Numbered from the stretch's first letter, positions 26,501 to 42,282 are shown. The stretch: 64,000 nt of DNA from Octopus vulgaris (GCA_951406725.2 OX597815.1:200446001-200510000), one strand, 5' to 3'. Numbers and translations are program-made. Notes: generated from the letters alone by a model not told the origin.

Positions 26501-27599
26501 TCATTGTCTATTCCAAATTCAAATTTCCACCGTGGTAGATACTATGTGGTCGATCGAAATACTAGAAACAACAGCCGATACTTCTTCACATACATGGATA
26601 TTAGAATAATACATTTGTTAAAAGCAGGAGATGGTTACGGTTCGGATACTGTTTTTATCTGACGTGCACTCGGTCTGTGTTGCGCTTTTGCTAATCGTAA
26701 CAGAAGAACTGTGAAGTTGTGTACTAACAAGAGGCAATCTGCTCCGTGTATCAACTTGTCCTCGAATCTCTCATATATTACTCTCATCTTCAAGAGAGGA
26801 AAATAAGATGCTAATGTTGTTACGCATTATCGAAGGAAAGCCAAAGCTGGATATAAGGGGGATCTGTGGTTAGCACGATAAATATCTGTGCAGGTTTGAT
26901 CATGTGGAAGAATTCGGTGGTTTACAGTAGATAAAGGAATTGTTGAGTACTAGAAGTGGAGGATACTTGTGGGAAATTTATAAAGACGGGGAATGAAATA
27001 TAAAATATGAACACAAGAACCATGACAAATCGTGACAAATGCACTGGCGAAGAATCGCAGAGCCTTGCAACTATGGAATCAATGGGTGTTTAAATGAGGG
27101 AGGTGGTGCTGTTTATGGTGTGTAACATATCGACATTTCGAACCCTTTTCCATTGTTTTCTTGTGAAACCTCCGTTTACTACTTTTCTTGTTACTTTTTT
27201 ATTCTCCCACCACACGAGTAAAGAAGAATGGTTCTGGATCTGTACGCATTCATTCCCTCCACCGTCTTGCTTCATCTCTCAGATTCCCCCCAATCACGTT
27301 AACTGTATAATGAGCGATAGTCTAAAGTCAGTCGGTATAAACTATATATTAACCATCTATTACATTCTCCGTTGTTTATTGTCACACCTAAGTCTTCCCT
27401 TATACTAATGATTGCTATACGTCACTCACTCGTATATCTCTGTTGCTATCATTCACTCCTTCTGAATCAGTTTATATCACACCAATTACATCTTATGAAT
27501 AAATTAACAAAGCTGTATACTGACTCATCACATTAAGATCTTGAGGAAAGATTATATGCTCTAAAACACGAACTCATGGCGCTGACCGAAAATCTTCTC

Positions 27600-28950
27600 T
27601 ATCGCAAACGAATTTTTGAACGAGCCTGTATTAATGACATGTTTGCTTCTAAACTACAGGCATTATAGAGAGAGCTGAGTACGGAAAATATTACCGTTAA
27701 GAAAGCTTTTTCTCAAGATCTTGAATCATTCCGGTTGAAATTCTGGAAAAGAAAATGAGATTCCAAACTTAATAAACCGCGGCTAAATATAGGTAAGGAG
27801 AGGATAGTGTACTAACATCAACAGTAAAACATACACAAATGCCTCGGAAAGTTTCACCATAGTGTAGGCAAGCTGCATAATGGAAAAAGCACCTGTTAAA
27901 GACCTATTAGTTGGATATCGACATAAAAGGCTGATATTTTACTTATACTACTAATATATATTATCGAAAACAGTATGAAAGGTCAGATTGACATACCAGA
28001 TTGGTTTGCTATAGGACAGACGTGTCTTGTGGAGAAGAATGAAACGACCGAGTTGACAGAAAACTATCGGCCCATTGGTTGCTTAAATATTATGTTCAAA
28101 CTGTACAAAAGCTGTCACAAAGAATGTACCCAGGACCATTGAGAGCCCAGCACAGTGACTGACGAACAGGCAGTAGGAAAAAAGGCAGTGTGGAGATGTG
28201 CCGAATAATTTCTGATAAACAAAGCACTACCCACAGGAGTTAAAAAAAAAGAAAGAAACGTGGAAAGTTGTCAGCAAATTGGCTTGAGTGGGAAGGCATT
28301 CACTTCTGGTCCCACTCAAAGCTACTGAAGTGCCTATGGTTGGAAAAATGTCTGCTATATTAATTCTTCCATTGAGAAGTCAGTAAAGACCTGGGCAACA
28401 CTTCTAACACACAGAACTGTGAGTAGGAAAATATCTTCAATGTTATAAACACTACAAAGGGAATATTTGGAGGAGATGGATTTTCTTCATTTTAGCATTG
28501 AATCGATTATCATACTGGCTGCAAAAATTAAGTAGCTACATTCGACGGTTTGCAATTGCTAGAGATATGAATGTAACCCATAATTTCTTTGTGGAGCCCT
28601 CAGGATATATGCTAAGCTAACAGTATTAAGAATGCAGAAAAACGGCTGGAACAACATTTCCATGTGGCATATGAAGGGAATTTCGCGAAAAAAATGTTTA
28701 TATGTGAATGTTGAACGTGGAAAATCGGTAACCCCCACTAGACACATTCCTGCGCATCAATGACCACACAATATCTCATGTATCACCAACAGTGCTACAA
28801 GAATGCAGGCAGTGAAGAAACCATATCAAATAAAGGTATCTTGAATAAAGAAAGAACAACCCGAGAACACTCAGCCAGACTAAGAAAAGTATAGCAGTTG
28901 GAACTCTCCTCTTACAATTAGACAATATCTTATAATGCATGTGCAGTACC
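27600..28950 (+). pseudogene. Highly degenerate R4/Dong-type reverse transcriptase
   Basis: IPDWFAIGQTCLVEKNETTELTENYRPIGCLNIMFKLY and DEQAVGKKAVWRCAE*FLINKA parallel PPWLVNGLTFLLPK..NYRPITCL..QLLINK of 50526-52752; boundaries approximate. Confidence 0.75.
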
Positions 28951-29039
28951 AGTGTTAGTATCAACATATCAGACTATATATGTACGTATGCATGTATATA
29001 TGCATGCACGCATGTATTTATGTATGCATGCATGCATGC

Positions 29040-29091
<52 letters not shown>

Positions 29092-29271
29092 TTGTGTTTG
29101 CTATATTTTTCGAACGGAATATTGCCGTTAGAACAACAGAAATAATGGGTAAATCACCCTTATATTATCAACAACCAATCATGAGTATTTCCCGTTGTAA
29201 GGGTAATTTACCCTTTATTTCTGTTGTTGTAATGTTACGTTCGAAAATATATCACCTACTTGTTTGAATCG

Positions 29272-29396
<125 letters not shown>

Positions 29397-30577
29397 TATA
29401 TGTGTGTGTGTGTGTATGTGTATATATATAAAAATATACATTCATTGGCACAAATATCATTGACTACTAAACTTAAAACTTCGTGTGAATTGTTTTCTTC
29501 AAGTCGTTAGGCACAAATACAGCATATATTTCAAAGAAAACCAAACTTGAAGAAAAACAAAATAGTAAACTTTAGTAACATCGGAAAGAATAAAGACTCG
29601 TGTTTTGAAAACCATCATCACATCGAGATAAAAATCATATAAGAGAATAAATGGTAAAATTCAACGATAAAAGCACAAAACATTAAAAACTGTTCTTTGT
29701 AAAAACTGCATGCCACTTCGATGGAGTTATTTCAATTTGACTTTGAAATGAAAGAAAGAATTATGAAATTATATATTTGAAATATCAACAATCATATGTT
29801 GAAACAAAAGATGAATATAAACTAAATATTTTATTTGACGACAGTGAGTAGTAAGACTACCACCATCGCCGATACCAAATACCACCGCCACCGCCACCTC
29901 CAGAACAACAATAACTATTACAAGCACAATAATAACATCAACGTCAAAAACTGAATCTATATAAACGGGCTGTAACATCAATAATGGTAATCCAAGAAAA
30001 GAATATATACAAAAATGAAATTGACTGTTATAGAGAAAGCGTTATGAAAAGGAGAGAACGAAGAAAAAAAAAAATGTTATGATTAAATACAAATTATATT
30101 TATGATTTGTGGAAAGAAAATAAAAATAAACTTATTCTATGACCAAAATAATTGAGATATCAAAGGAGATATCTAGGAGATAAACAATCAGGTGAAGAAA
30201 ACCGAAGATAATAATTAAACAACAAAAAATAACAGCAATAACAAGAAGAAGAATAACAACAAAAACAGCAACAACAGAAACAAATCAAAAACAAAAACCA
30301 GATGAGTGAATGGAAAGATAAATTTAATTAGGCATAAAAATATCAGATAAAAAAAAATCGGTGGAAATCTTTCTATTTGTTTAATATTTGCTATGATGTA
30401 TATGAAATAGTTGTGAGAACCAAGGTCAACCCAATGAACTGTCTGCAATATGAAGTACTTTATGTTTTTCACGTTAGAACATTTTTCTATATATATATAT
30501 ACATACATACATACATACATACATACTCACAAACATACGCACCCGCAAACTCATACATATATATAGGCTTACATACT

Positions 30578-30612
<35 letters not shown>

Positions 30613-30623
30613 GTATACATGTA

Positions 30624-30714
<91 letters not shown>

Positions 30715-31304
30715 CAGTGCTTAGCACTTCATTTATATCGACTTTGCTTTGAATAGCTACTAAGAGAATTGGTCAAACAGAGTTCGTGACTCTATTATTT
30801 CTGTCAATGCTTAAGTCCGTATAAACTCAGCATTGAAATCTAATGAAAATACATTTAATATATAACACTACTGCAATGAACTGCACATACTTAGCCATTG
30901 TATTTGCTTATAATTTTTGGGATGGAGCCAGCATTAGTTAAGTTTCATGTTGTTATTACTGTTGCTGTTGTTTTTGGTGGTTGTGATGTGATGCTGGTGG
31001 TGTTGCAGTTGTTATTATCGTTGCTGTTGTTGGTGATGTTTCTCAAGTCTTGATAAGATCTTTGATGAACTACATTCCAGCAATGATAATCATGATTTTT
31101 CTAGTATATAGAAAACTCTATTATCTAATATTACGCTCGCTTTTTCGGATGATTGAATTTTGATAAAGACCTGATTGCCTGCTATATCTAGTATGTAGAA
31201 TTAACACACTGACTATCGCTTATTGAGTTGATAAATGTAGTCTTGATTTACATTTGCCGTATTACTCATAATATTTTGAAGACAGAACGGTTTTTTTCAA
31301 CAGT

Positions 31305-31600
31305 CGCTGCACCAGGAAAACAACTCCTTCAGTCCTCATAACCTGAGAAACAACATACCTCATTGGAATCACATTTGGAAATCTAAAGACTCTGAAGAGA
31401 TATCCAGCATGACATGGGCAGTGTTAGATAACGCAAGCATGAAAGGACAGAACAAATTATCAAAGAGAAGCTTCAGACTGTCTGCCATCTTCGGCAAATC
31501 TAACATAAAAGAAACAACTTTCGACTTGTCAGCCAATTCCTGCATTCTACTTGAAGAATCGCGAAAAATAACACACACAAAACAAAACAAAAACATATAG
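31305..31600 (+). pseudogene. Possible Penelope-like ORF C-terminal (GIY-YIG region) relic
   Basis: HQENNSFSPHNLRNNIPHWNHIWKSKDSEEISSMTWAVLDNA resembles the PLE H..SF....LS.HIW.LK......I.W.I pattern (recalled, not searched). Confidence 0.4.
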
Positions 31601-31861
31601 AATTGGAGAGCCAGTGTTGTACGATGCTAACACCCTCACCTACCATATTATCACTTTCAAACACCAAACACGCTGCTCATGTCACTTACTGTAACACACA
31701 TACACATACATACATACTTGCATGTATATATATATATATATATACATGCATTCATATACATATATATACATACATTCATATATATATACATTCATATATA
31801 TATACACATACATATACCTATTTTCACTTACATATATACATATATATATACGTACACATAA

Positions 31862-31908
<47 letters not shown>

Positions 31909-32537
31909 CTAATTTACACATATACACACGCGAATGTGTATGTATGTTTGTATATATGTATGTATATATATATACTCGTCATTCAACGTCGGTGTGTGTA
32001 GATGAATATGTATATTTATGTGTACATTAATGTGCTGTTCACTTTTATGCTTCTGCGAATATGAAAATATGAAAGAAACATTTAAGATAAGGAACATATC
32101 ATACTTGCATAGCTTTTTATGTATCACATCTGCCACTTAAAATTATTGATTCTTTCCTATTGTTTTTCGGATGAAAATGTAGTATGTACTTCTAATACAT
32201 CAAAGAGATGTTCACTAAAGATTTCAGAAAAAATATTCTGTAAGCCTGACCGTGGTAACAGTGTCTGAAAACATGGTCTTTGAAATTTTTGATTTGTGTT
32301 GTAGTTTAATCCCAAATCAGCCTTATCCAGCAGACCTAGGTTCAAAGCCCTTCTCTTTTTCGTATATCTTAGATTAAGTTATGTAACGCCTCCTTCCCTT
32401 TTTTTTTGACGATACTATGTAAATTTCGGTAGAATCGGCCACAATTTCGAACAGGCTGCTTGCCTTTGCTAAGGTTCTCATTCGCTTCTAAGCTTTTACG
32501 ATCCAATGTGAAATAAGCAGTGTGCCCGCTGATCACA

Positions 32538-32918
32538 TACTCTACTCTTTTACTCTTTTACTTGTTTCAGTCATTTGACTGCGGCCATGCTGAAGCACCG
32601 CCTTTAGTCGAGCAAATCGACCCCAGGACTTAATTCTTTGTAAGCCTAGTACTTATTCTATCGGCCTCTTTGTCGAACCGCTAACTTACAGGGGCGTAAA
32701 CACACAAGCATCGGCTGTCAAGCGATATTGGGGGGACAAACGCAGACACACAAAATTACACACATACATACATATATATATATATATACATATATACGAC
32801 GGGCTTCTTTCAGTTTCCGTCTACCAAATCCACTCACAAGGCTTTGATCGGCCCGAGGCTATAGTAGAAGACACTTGCCCAAGGTGCCACGCAGTGGGAC
32901 TGAACCCGGAACCATGTG
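32538..32918 (-). mobile_element. Family A SINE, 5'-truncated
   Basis: Aligns with 26071-26461. Confidence 0.9.
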
Positions 32919-33929
32919 CACTGTTATATATGTTTCTTTCTATTCTGAGTTGGGTGCGGGACACAAGAGAACTCACTGATAACATGTGAACCATTATATC
33001 TTATCTTGATAGTTTAAAATATTCGAGTACAAAACGCGTTTTTCTTGGACAACAAAATTTGTACGAAACTATTGTGTTATATATTCTGCTTGAGTAAATC
33101 TCATCAAGGAAAACGCGTGCAACAGCGATTCAACCAGAAAACATCTGAGACAATGCTGACCTATGCCTTATAACATGAAAACATTAAAGATTTCTTTAAT
33201 AATTCTGATCGTGCAAAATCACCGTAACATAAGTCTTCTGGGCAATAGACAGTCTACAAAAAATTTGAAAGCACGTGAACAACCACGTGACAAATTAATT
33301 TAACAAAGAACTAGACACGTGTCTCATTTGTCATCTTAAATTTTCTACCATAGATCTTCGTTTCAATGGTGGCAGCGATAATGCATTGTATGATTGTAAA
33401 CTACGGTCCCTTGCTCACATATTACTTTGTTTCTCAAAGTTAAATCCGTTTCCCCATATCATGTTTGACATTTCTATAACAATTTTGAACAGTCCTTACT
33501 GCAATACAAATTTAAAATTAATATGACCGAACATGAATTAAATAAATAGATTAAAAACACGGCGAATATATTTTTGAAATTGTATCATGCATCTATTTGC
33601 ATGACTTTTCTTCTCCTTAACTTTTATATAAATCTCTTCCAGTTGCAATTTTATACATGTTGCCTTCCCCATCCCATGCATCAAATCTATCCATTCTTTC
33701 CTAACTTTATCCCTATTCTTTTTCCATTTGTTCACACCGAAGATGCATAATTGCGTAGAAATCATTGTTAGAAATAGCATGCTTCATTCCTGGCTGTTGT
33801 GTAAAAGAAACTGCGCCGTCAAGTGCTTACAATGAGTTTTACATATTGTATAACATAGCAGAACAGTCGAGGTTAGAGCAGATATCCATCAAGCGTGTGA
33901 ACAATTAAATATCGACTGAGAATTCCATT

Positions 33930-34071
33930 ATTGTTCTTGCGGTTGTTGTTGTTGCTGCTGCCGCTACTGGTGTTCTTTCTGTTGTTATTGTTGTTGTTAT
34001 TATTGTTATCATTGTTGTTGCTGTTGTTGCTTTTCTTCTTCTTCTTCTTCTTCTTCTTCTTCTTCTTCTTC

Positions 34072-34107
<36 letters not shown>

Positions 34108-34111
34108 CACC

Positions 34112-34171
<60 letters not shown>

Positions 34172-34274
34172 CCTTCTCAAAAAGCAGGAGAGATACTTCT
34201 CCTCCTCCTCCTTCTCTTCCCTTCCTCCTCATCATGATCATCACCATCATCATGATCGTCACTATCATCATCAG

Positions 34275-34360
<86 letters not shown>

Positions 34361-34398
34361 CCAATATAATCATTATTATTACTAACATTATATCATTA
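33930..34398. repeat. Compound trinucleotide array (GTT)-(CTT)-(CTA)-(CCA)-(CTA)-(CCT)-(CAT)
   Basis: Direct reading. Confidence 0.95.
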
Positions 34399-34681
34399 TT
34401 TACTTCTGCATCTTTATTGTATTCTCGCCGAAAAAGTAAAAAAAAAAAGTAAAAGTGAAATCTGAAATCTGTATTCTTCCAACATTCACAATAATTTAAC
34501 AATCCAAAATGGGCTGAGCAATCTAGCGAATGTCGATGAGAAATTTTTATGCAAATTTGGAGAACACTCGCAAAATCAATACACACATATAAAGACACAC
34601 ACAGAGAAATATGCATACAGGTGCAGACACACCTTGGTGCGCGTATGTGTATGCATGAATATATGAATACCTGTATGTATA

Positions 34682-34740
<59 letters not shown>

Positions 34741-37447
34741 CTATATCATACATATATATAACATATATATATATGCATGTATTCTTATATATGTATATGT
34801 GTAAATGCATACATAAATATGTTCACATATATATGAAGAAAAAAATAGAGATGATGCAACATCTATCATCACTACCGCCTCCATCGCTGTCTACAGCAAC
34901 AATAACATTGTATAAATTGTAAAAAAATTATGAGAAAAATGCTCTTCAGAGATGCATGACTGAATAAATTGACATGGTATTTTCTAGCAGGCTGGAAAAA
35001 AAAAAATGCTTCACCGATTCCTTCTTTCTCACTCCCATTACGCTCTTCTCCTAATCTAAGTTGTTTTTACTTCTTTATAAATTTGATTTTCCAGTCATTG
35101 CTTGTTTTTTCTTTCACCACTTGCCATTTTTTTTTTCCCCATCTTCTTTTTCGTTTATAGTGTCTTATAAATTGCGTTTTGTCATTTTCAATACATGTTT
35201 TATTTTCTTCTTACTTCTTCTGCATACCTCTTTATGTCAATTTTATTTTTCCCCCATCTAAAACGTATTCACTTCTAATGCGAATATATTCACTTCAAGT
35301 ACACAGAATTTTTCTTCCCTATTTCTTGACCCATCATCTGAGCTATTAGAGCATTCCAGTCACACACATAGTCAGATATAAACCTGTGGCAGTTTTTGCA
35401 ATTATGAACGGATATTCCCCCATATGAAACATTCTGCTATTGGTAAATGGTCGAACAATTAAATTACTAGTAAGTGAAAAGCGTTTTCACTATATACACA
35501 CCACACAGGCGCGCGCGCACACACACACACACACACAAGCACACACACATATAAACATATATATGCATATATTTATAACACTCTCATACACAAAATATAT
35601 ATATATATATATATGCATATAACTATATATATATATATATATATTGAAATAAGCGTATATTTGTATGCTCACACATATATAGATACGTACTTGCATTCAC
35701 GCACACGTTTCACTTCTCAGACCTTCGTGTATACTTCCTATCCAATATGTGGATATCTTTATGATATAATATCACCGATTCTTATATCACTGAGTGATTT
35801 ATTCTTTTGCAAATCAAATTCCTCTTCAATTTTACGCTATAGTAATTTCTCATATTTGTTTTTTAAGTTTTTAAATTTATTAATTAATTCAGTAACAATT
35901 CAATGTAAAATCCCTCAATATTGTTCCGAATCTGTCAGATTGGAACCAAAAAGAAAAGAAAAATTACGTTTCTAAGGAAAGTAAATGGAAATGATAACAA
36001 TGAGACAGAGCAAACCTTCTACTACGATCAAATTATAAGAGGCATTGGAGCTGCTTTTATCAATGAAAGCAAACATAAGAAAATTTAAACCAATATTAAA
36101 AAGCAAGCAAAAAAGGAGCAGTCGTGGCCGGGTGGTTTATAATTTCTGCTTGTAATGACATGAATTTAGGTTCAGTCTCACTACGCAGTCCCATGGATAC
36201 ATTGCTGCTAATGTAGACAGGAACCGATTGAATTACGTAAGATTGGTTGACGGAAACTGTATTGAAACTCGTCGTACTTATTATTTTTACGGGAGTGTAT
36301 GTGTAGATTGTATACATTTATGTTCTTCATTCTTACTTACCCCTTTTCAACTGGTATTGTCTTATGCCTAGGATGACTCCCGTTAAGACAGAATAAGTGG
36401 TATGGAACCTTACTTTCAGTTTCAAAGTCTAAACTCTTCAAGATTGTGCTACAGCGGTGCTTCAGTTCAATGATTGGAATGCAAGGCAGAAGAAACGGTT
36501 CATTAACAGAAAATCGACAAGGCAGTGCGCCAGTATGTCTGCTATCCTACGACTGAAAGAATTAAGCGATGAACATCTAAGTAAACTCACCAAAGAAAAA
36601 ATGCAAAATAAATACTAATACGACGTATGAGCGTTCAGGTTCTGGTAAAAGGGTACATATTTTGCTAAAAATTGCCAAATTTGTTCCTACAGTCTTCTTT
36701 AACCACAACCAGAATCGTAAACTTTCTCTTGAAAATGTTTCAAACTAGTCAAAGTTGAGAGTTCGTACCCCACATTAGCTCACTGTTTCCATCAAATCGA
36801 CGTTTTCTGAACAGGTGTAAGGTGTACAATGCGCCAGGTGTCGAAGTGATGGTAAAACATGAGATGGAATGTTACGCTGAAGACCACACCCGGTCTAGGA
36901 ACTGAAGCCATGATCTTGCCATCGGAGGTAGAGCTCTCTGATGACTATATCGCGTCTCTTCCATTCTGCATCTCTTCGATTGTTTGATCTCTAATATTGA
37001 ACCGTAATCTTTATTTTGTTTGCCTAATGGTGCTTGTTAATTCAGTTTTTGCTTTACTCCACACCGTTGCGACATCAGTCCTATTTTCTATGAGGACACA
37101 ATAATTGTCCTTCACGCCAACATTCAAATATACTTCTGAAAGAATATACATTAGTCGTCCCTGATGTAACCTATCCCGTTAGAATGATGCATATTAGAAG
37201 AGATAGAACGCGTAAAAGAGAGAGAGATAGATAGCTACGAGGAAGGAGGGGGAGGAAGAGAGGGCGATGGAGTGAGGTTTACAGACGGAATTTAACTGGT
37301 ATTTTAAGTTGCCCGGATTCATAGTAACATTGATTTAGGGGACAGCTGAAAAGTGGATCCAGAGAACAAGTGCATATACTCTACCGTCTATGCAAATTTG
37401 CGGCCTGTCCAATTACAATGCTTAAAATAAACACCTGTTGTTTAAAA

Positions 37448-37528
37448 CAGTGGTTCTCAACCTTTTCACTATCAAAGACATATTTTAGTGTAATGAGTTT
37501 TCGCACGAACCCTTTTTAATATGCTTAT

Positions 37529-37587
<59 letters not shown>

Positions 37588-37804
37588 TTAATCCAAACAT
37601 GAAAGCACAAAAAAACACAACAACGCGAGGACATGGAACAAATATAGTATTATTGGACGCTCAGGAAAGAGGGAAAGAGGGAAAGAAGGAGGTGTAACGT
37701 TTCGAGCGGATCTCTTCGTCGGAAACATAGGAGAAGGAAAGATCCAGAGAAAGGAAGACAGAGGAAAAAAATCGCCAACGGTACACACGTGGTCACATTT
37801 TGAC

Positions 37805-37842
<38 letters not shown>

Positions 37843-37908
37843 GGAAGTTTGAATTTAGTTCACAGACCACCTGTACTACCTCTGCGGACCACAGATTGGC
37901 AACCACTG
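37448..37908. mobile_element. hAT (Charlie-like) MITE with nested (TA)n and P1 unit
   Basis: Termini CAGTGGTTCTCAACCT / AGATTGGCAACCACTG; 8-bp TSD GTTTAAAA at 37440-37447 and 37909-37916. Confidence 0.8.
37586..37805 (-). mobile_element. Family P1 unit with minimal hammerhead motif
   Basis: Closely similar to 23397-23590; CCGACGA-A-GAGA-TCC-GCTC-GAAAC-GTT; (TA)n on both sides. Confidence 0.75.
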
Positions 37909-38445
37909 GTTTAAAAAAAGTGTCTCTTCATTAACCCTTACAAATATCATTTATTTCTAACTATTTAAAAAAAAAATTATTTTCTAGTCTAGAACAATTT
38001 TTCAACATTTCTCGTGAGTCCCAACGCATTGTCACAACACTTTTGCTAACATACTGTATATGTATTCTATTCTTACAAGTCGACGTTTGACAAGACATTT
38101 TCATTTCCTTATTATTTCTAAACTGCTGTTTACAATCTCAACATGTCGTAAACATACAACAAGCACTGGCTATTTCTAAAATAACAACAAGTGTTAGTTT
38201 TCAATTATTCCTTATTCATGGGCAGGATTGTACATTTTGGGAAACTGTAAAGCAATAATCTAAAGAAATATATATTTTTCTCAGATACATGTTACTATAT
38301 GCATCCACATGTGTACTTACACGCAACGCACATTCACATACCTACACCTTTACGCACATGCGCACAAAAATACACACGCATATTTATATGTATGCATATG
38401 TGCACATGTACACTACCTACCTCTCTGTCTTTCCGTATCTTCTCT

Positions 38446-38520
<75 letters not shown>

Positions 38521-41500
38521 TGTATATGTAATTACATACGTTATGTCATTACACCTTCGTTCACTCCCGAATGGTTTGAAAATAATCTCGCCCTACAGTC
38601 TAAAGAGAAAAGAAAAAAAGCAATTTCAATTTTTCTTGTGATTCTTTCTGTATACCTCATTTATATGTACATAATACCATCTCTAAACACTTCGGACGTA
38701 ATCGCATGTCACTTATTTCATGGAAATATTGATGCCGTTTTTTGTTTTTTACTTAAGAACCGCTGACCCTATTATCACATCTGAACAAAATAAGAGAGGA
38801 TACAAAGAAAAGTCAGTAAATAAACGGAAGAAGAAAAAAAAAAAAAACACGCAAATAAATAACTAAATGCAGGAAAAACTGTAAGTCCTTATTTCTAATA
38901 GTAAATTCTTTCTGTCTGAACTACCGCAGCTTCTCGCTACTCTATCATTTAAATATGTATATCAAACAATTTTCTTGGAACGAAATGTGCGTAACAATAC
39001 TATAAATATTACGTAATATATGTTTTTTTTGTTATTTGGAAAAACACCGAAAATGAAAACAAAAAATCTTATTACGAGAGAGGATGAGAAACCAAAGAAA
39101 AACAAAAAACGAAAAAATACAATATTTCCTCGTAGAAATATATTGATTTTTAGGTGTAAGTTGAATATGTTAAAAAAGATTATAAATACGTAATAATACA
39201 TTGAAGCAACACGATGCATATATGACACTTATAGAATATTACATGCCATTTACATTTTCTCCAAACTTTTGGTGTGAATATAGCTTTATTAAATAAGTTT
39301 AGTTGTTGGTAGAGAAGCTTGAAATTTCCGGACACATTTGCACATCGATTCCATTGGTGGAACTGCATTTAGTTACAGAAATATTAATTGTATACAGGAG
39401 AAGAATAAGTACAACGTTATATGAACGACTATGTGATTGCTAGACCTGTTATGGAATGGAATCAACAATCCATCGTATTACATCGCATCGTCTTAAAAAA
39501 AAAAATTTGACGCATTAGAAAATGCAGTCTGGGATATATTTCTGGCAAAAAACAAAAAAAAAAAATGATCAAATAAATCCATATAGAAACCTTTAGCTTA
39601 AAGCTGGAAAACTAGTTGAACATCTGTTTCCAATAGCTAGAAATAGCAGCCAAATGCCGCACAATTCATAGACATGTCTCTCCCATAGAGAGAAAGAGTC
39701 ACCAAACCTACAAAAATCGTAGACATCTCTCTTCCATAGTTAGAAATAGCAGCCAAATGCCGCACAAATCAAGGACATCTCTCATTCATAAAACACAGAA
39801 AAGACACAAAGAATTGAGGCGCCAAAAACCGAAAGTCTCCAGAATTAAAAAAACATTGAATCTTTTCATTGTTTAATACTTGCGCAAATATTTCATAAAG
39901 GACTGTGAGTTGTTTATATATGTGTGTATATGGCATTTGAGAAATGCATTATAAATACGTATTTTAAGTATTATAAACGTATTATTATTATCAGCTGATT
40001 AAGAGAAATTCAGATAAGAACCCAAATGGGTTAGAAAGAAGGGTTGTGATGGTTTCATTCATTCCTGTAGTTCGGACATTTGTGTTAACAAATATTTAAA
40101 TCAGAAAACAGAGATAATTTTTTTAAAAACCCATTAAAAGAAGATAATTAAAACTCAGAAATTGTACGCTGTTTGCTTATTTATCTTCAACGTTATTTCT
40201 TTTGACTCTTTCCTTAGGTGAAATATTTTTATGAGACATATCTAATGCCAGGACGGGTTAGAATTCCTATAAAGTTTAGTAGACTCGAGGTCACCGTAAC
40301 CACAGTGGCTGAAATAGTTTCTTGGACCGCATGCTGTAACATCCTGGAAAGTGAACGAGTATTCGACGAGTTAAATATCAGGATGGTATTTCGATTGTTT
40401 TATAAGTACTAACAATGTGATAACAGGTCATTCGTGAGCCTATTAGCTCAGGAAGGAACTTTGTCCGTCGTAGGCGCTTCTCCGTTGCATGATTATTCAT
40501 GCTTGCTAGCTAAGTGAACTCAAGAAACGTGGAATGAAGTATTTCGCTTACGAACTAGACGCATCGTCCGATCCAAGAATCGAAGTCACTGTTTTACGAT
40601 CATGAGTGCAACATCCTACCACTAAGTCTTGTACCGCCATTTGTTTAAGAATACTACTGCATAAATCCACTTTTAGTTCTAAAATATCTTCTGGGCGAAA
40701 GAGAAAGCAAAACTAGGTAATTTCCATAAAAAGAGTAATATTTGCATATATTAATACAATCCGTCCATAACTGTGAGTTGTAACCTCCCACTGGTTACGA
40801 AAACACTATCTAACAGAGTTTATATTCAAAGCTTTACAAGAGGTAGGAGTTTTAAGAAACAGTTCCGTATTGACGGCAAAAAGTATTATGCAGGAAAGGA
40901 CAAGGTAGTTATACAATTGCTTAATATGAATGTATTGTTCTTTTAATTTCTGTTTCGTTTTGAGTATAAGAATACGATTCATAAGTTATCTGAAGGAAAT
41001 TATCTAAATTATCTGAAGGAAACGAGTATTTCACTGGAAGCCCTCTTTCTTGGTTTCTGAGGATTTAAGTGAATGCTTGAGTAACAACCATTTTGTTTGC
41101 TGCAGTGGTAACACTGACCGGACAACAACGTCTATATGCATTGCAGATGGACACAGTCTGCTCAAATTTGCCACGTATTCTGTATGCTGTCAAATTAACG
41201 AAGCTGGTCTTTCAAATTCGTCAGCCAATTTCTGTCGAAAATTATTTTGCATTCTGTGCTTTCCAGCAATGCTTAGTGATCCACTGTCATTCATCGATGG
41301 GCAAATTTCCAGGCATATGATAAATATCTATAATTAGGAATAACTATCTGATTATAGAAAAAATTACTTACAAAGAACATAGAATCATAAATATCTTACC
41401 CTAAAAATGAAAGACAGAACTAGAAAAAACATTCGATTCACATGGAACAACTGCACATCTACTTTTGTTAACGACTGTATTTCAACATAGCTTTTGATGT

Positions 41501-41604
41501 GGGGGTTACCTTTTGTAATCCCAAGTTTGAAAATCTATGTAGTTTTTCAAATATGCGCGATTCACTGAAACGGGAATATATTTTGCTCTCTTGGTATGTG
41601 GTGC

Positions 41605-41666
<62 letters not shown>

Positions 41667-41775
41667 ATATATATATGATGCATACACAAAGAGACAGGAG
41701 AGGAAAATGAGAAAGAGGTGTAGAGTGAGGGGTAGATAGAATAAGTATATCAATATAGACATATATATATGTATG

Positions 41776-41821
<46 letters not shown>

Positions 41822-41827
41822 TAGATA

Positions 41828-41868
<41 letters not shown>

Positions 41869-42243
41869 TATATATGTATGTGTGTACATGTGTGTACATG
41901 TGTGTGTCAGTGGGTGTGTGTGTGTGTTTGTGTGTGACATATAGAGGAAAACAAATTTGTTCGATATTGTCAGTTTACTACACGTTTTATAGAGTGGCAA
42001 AGTTAAGTAATCATGGTATTCTCTGTAAAAGCCAATCTTTTTTTTCCAATTCTTGACACCGTTCTAGACACCTATATATTTTCACGCTTCACTATTGATT
42101 GTATTTCTTAAAGCCGTTAAAACAACAATTTTGACGCATTAAATAAAATCAATCTGTATATATACATATATATATAGAGACAGAATTGAATTTATATATA
42201 TATATATATATATACACATATATATTATATATATAGAATTTTT

Positions 42244-42282
<39 letters not shown>

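Noticed and set aside
39632-39790. Short direct repeats TAGAAATAGCAGCCAAATGCCGCACAA resembling a repeat-spacer array
   Set aside because: Only two or three degenerate units in eukaryotic DNA with no cas genes; a local tandem duplication
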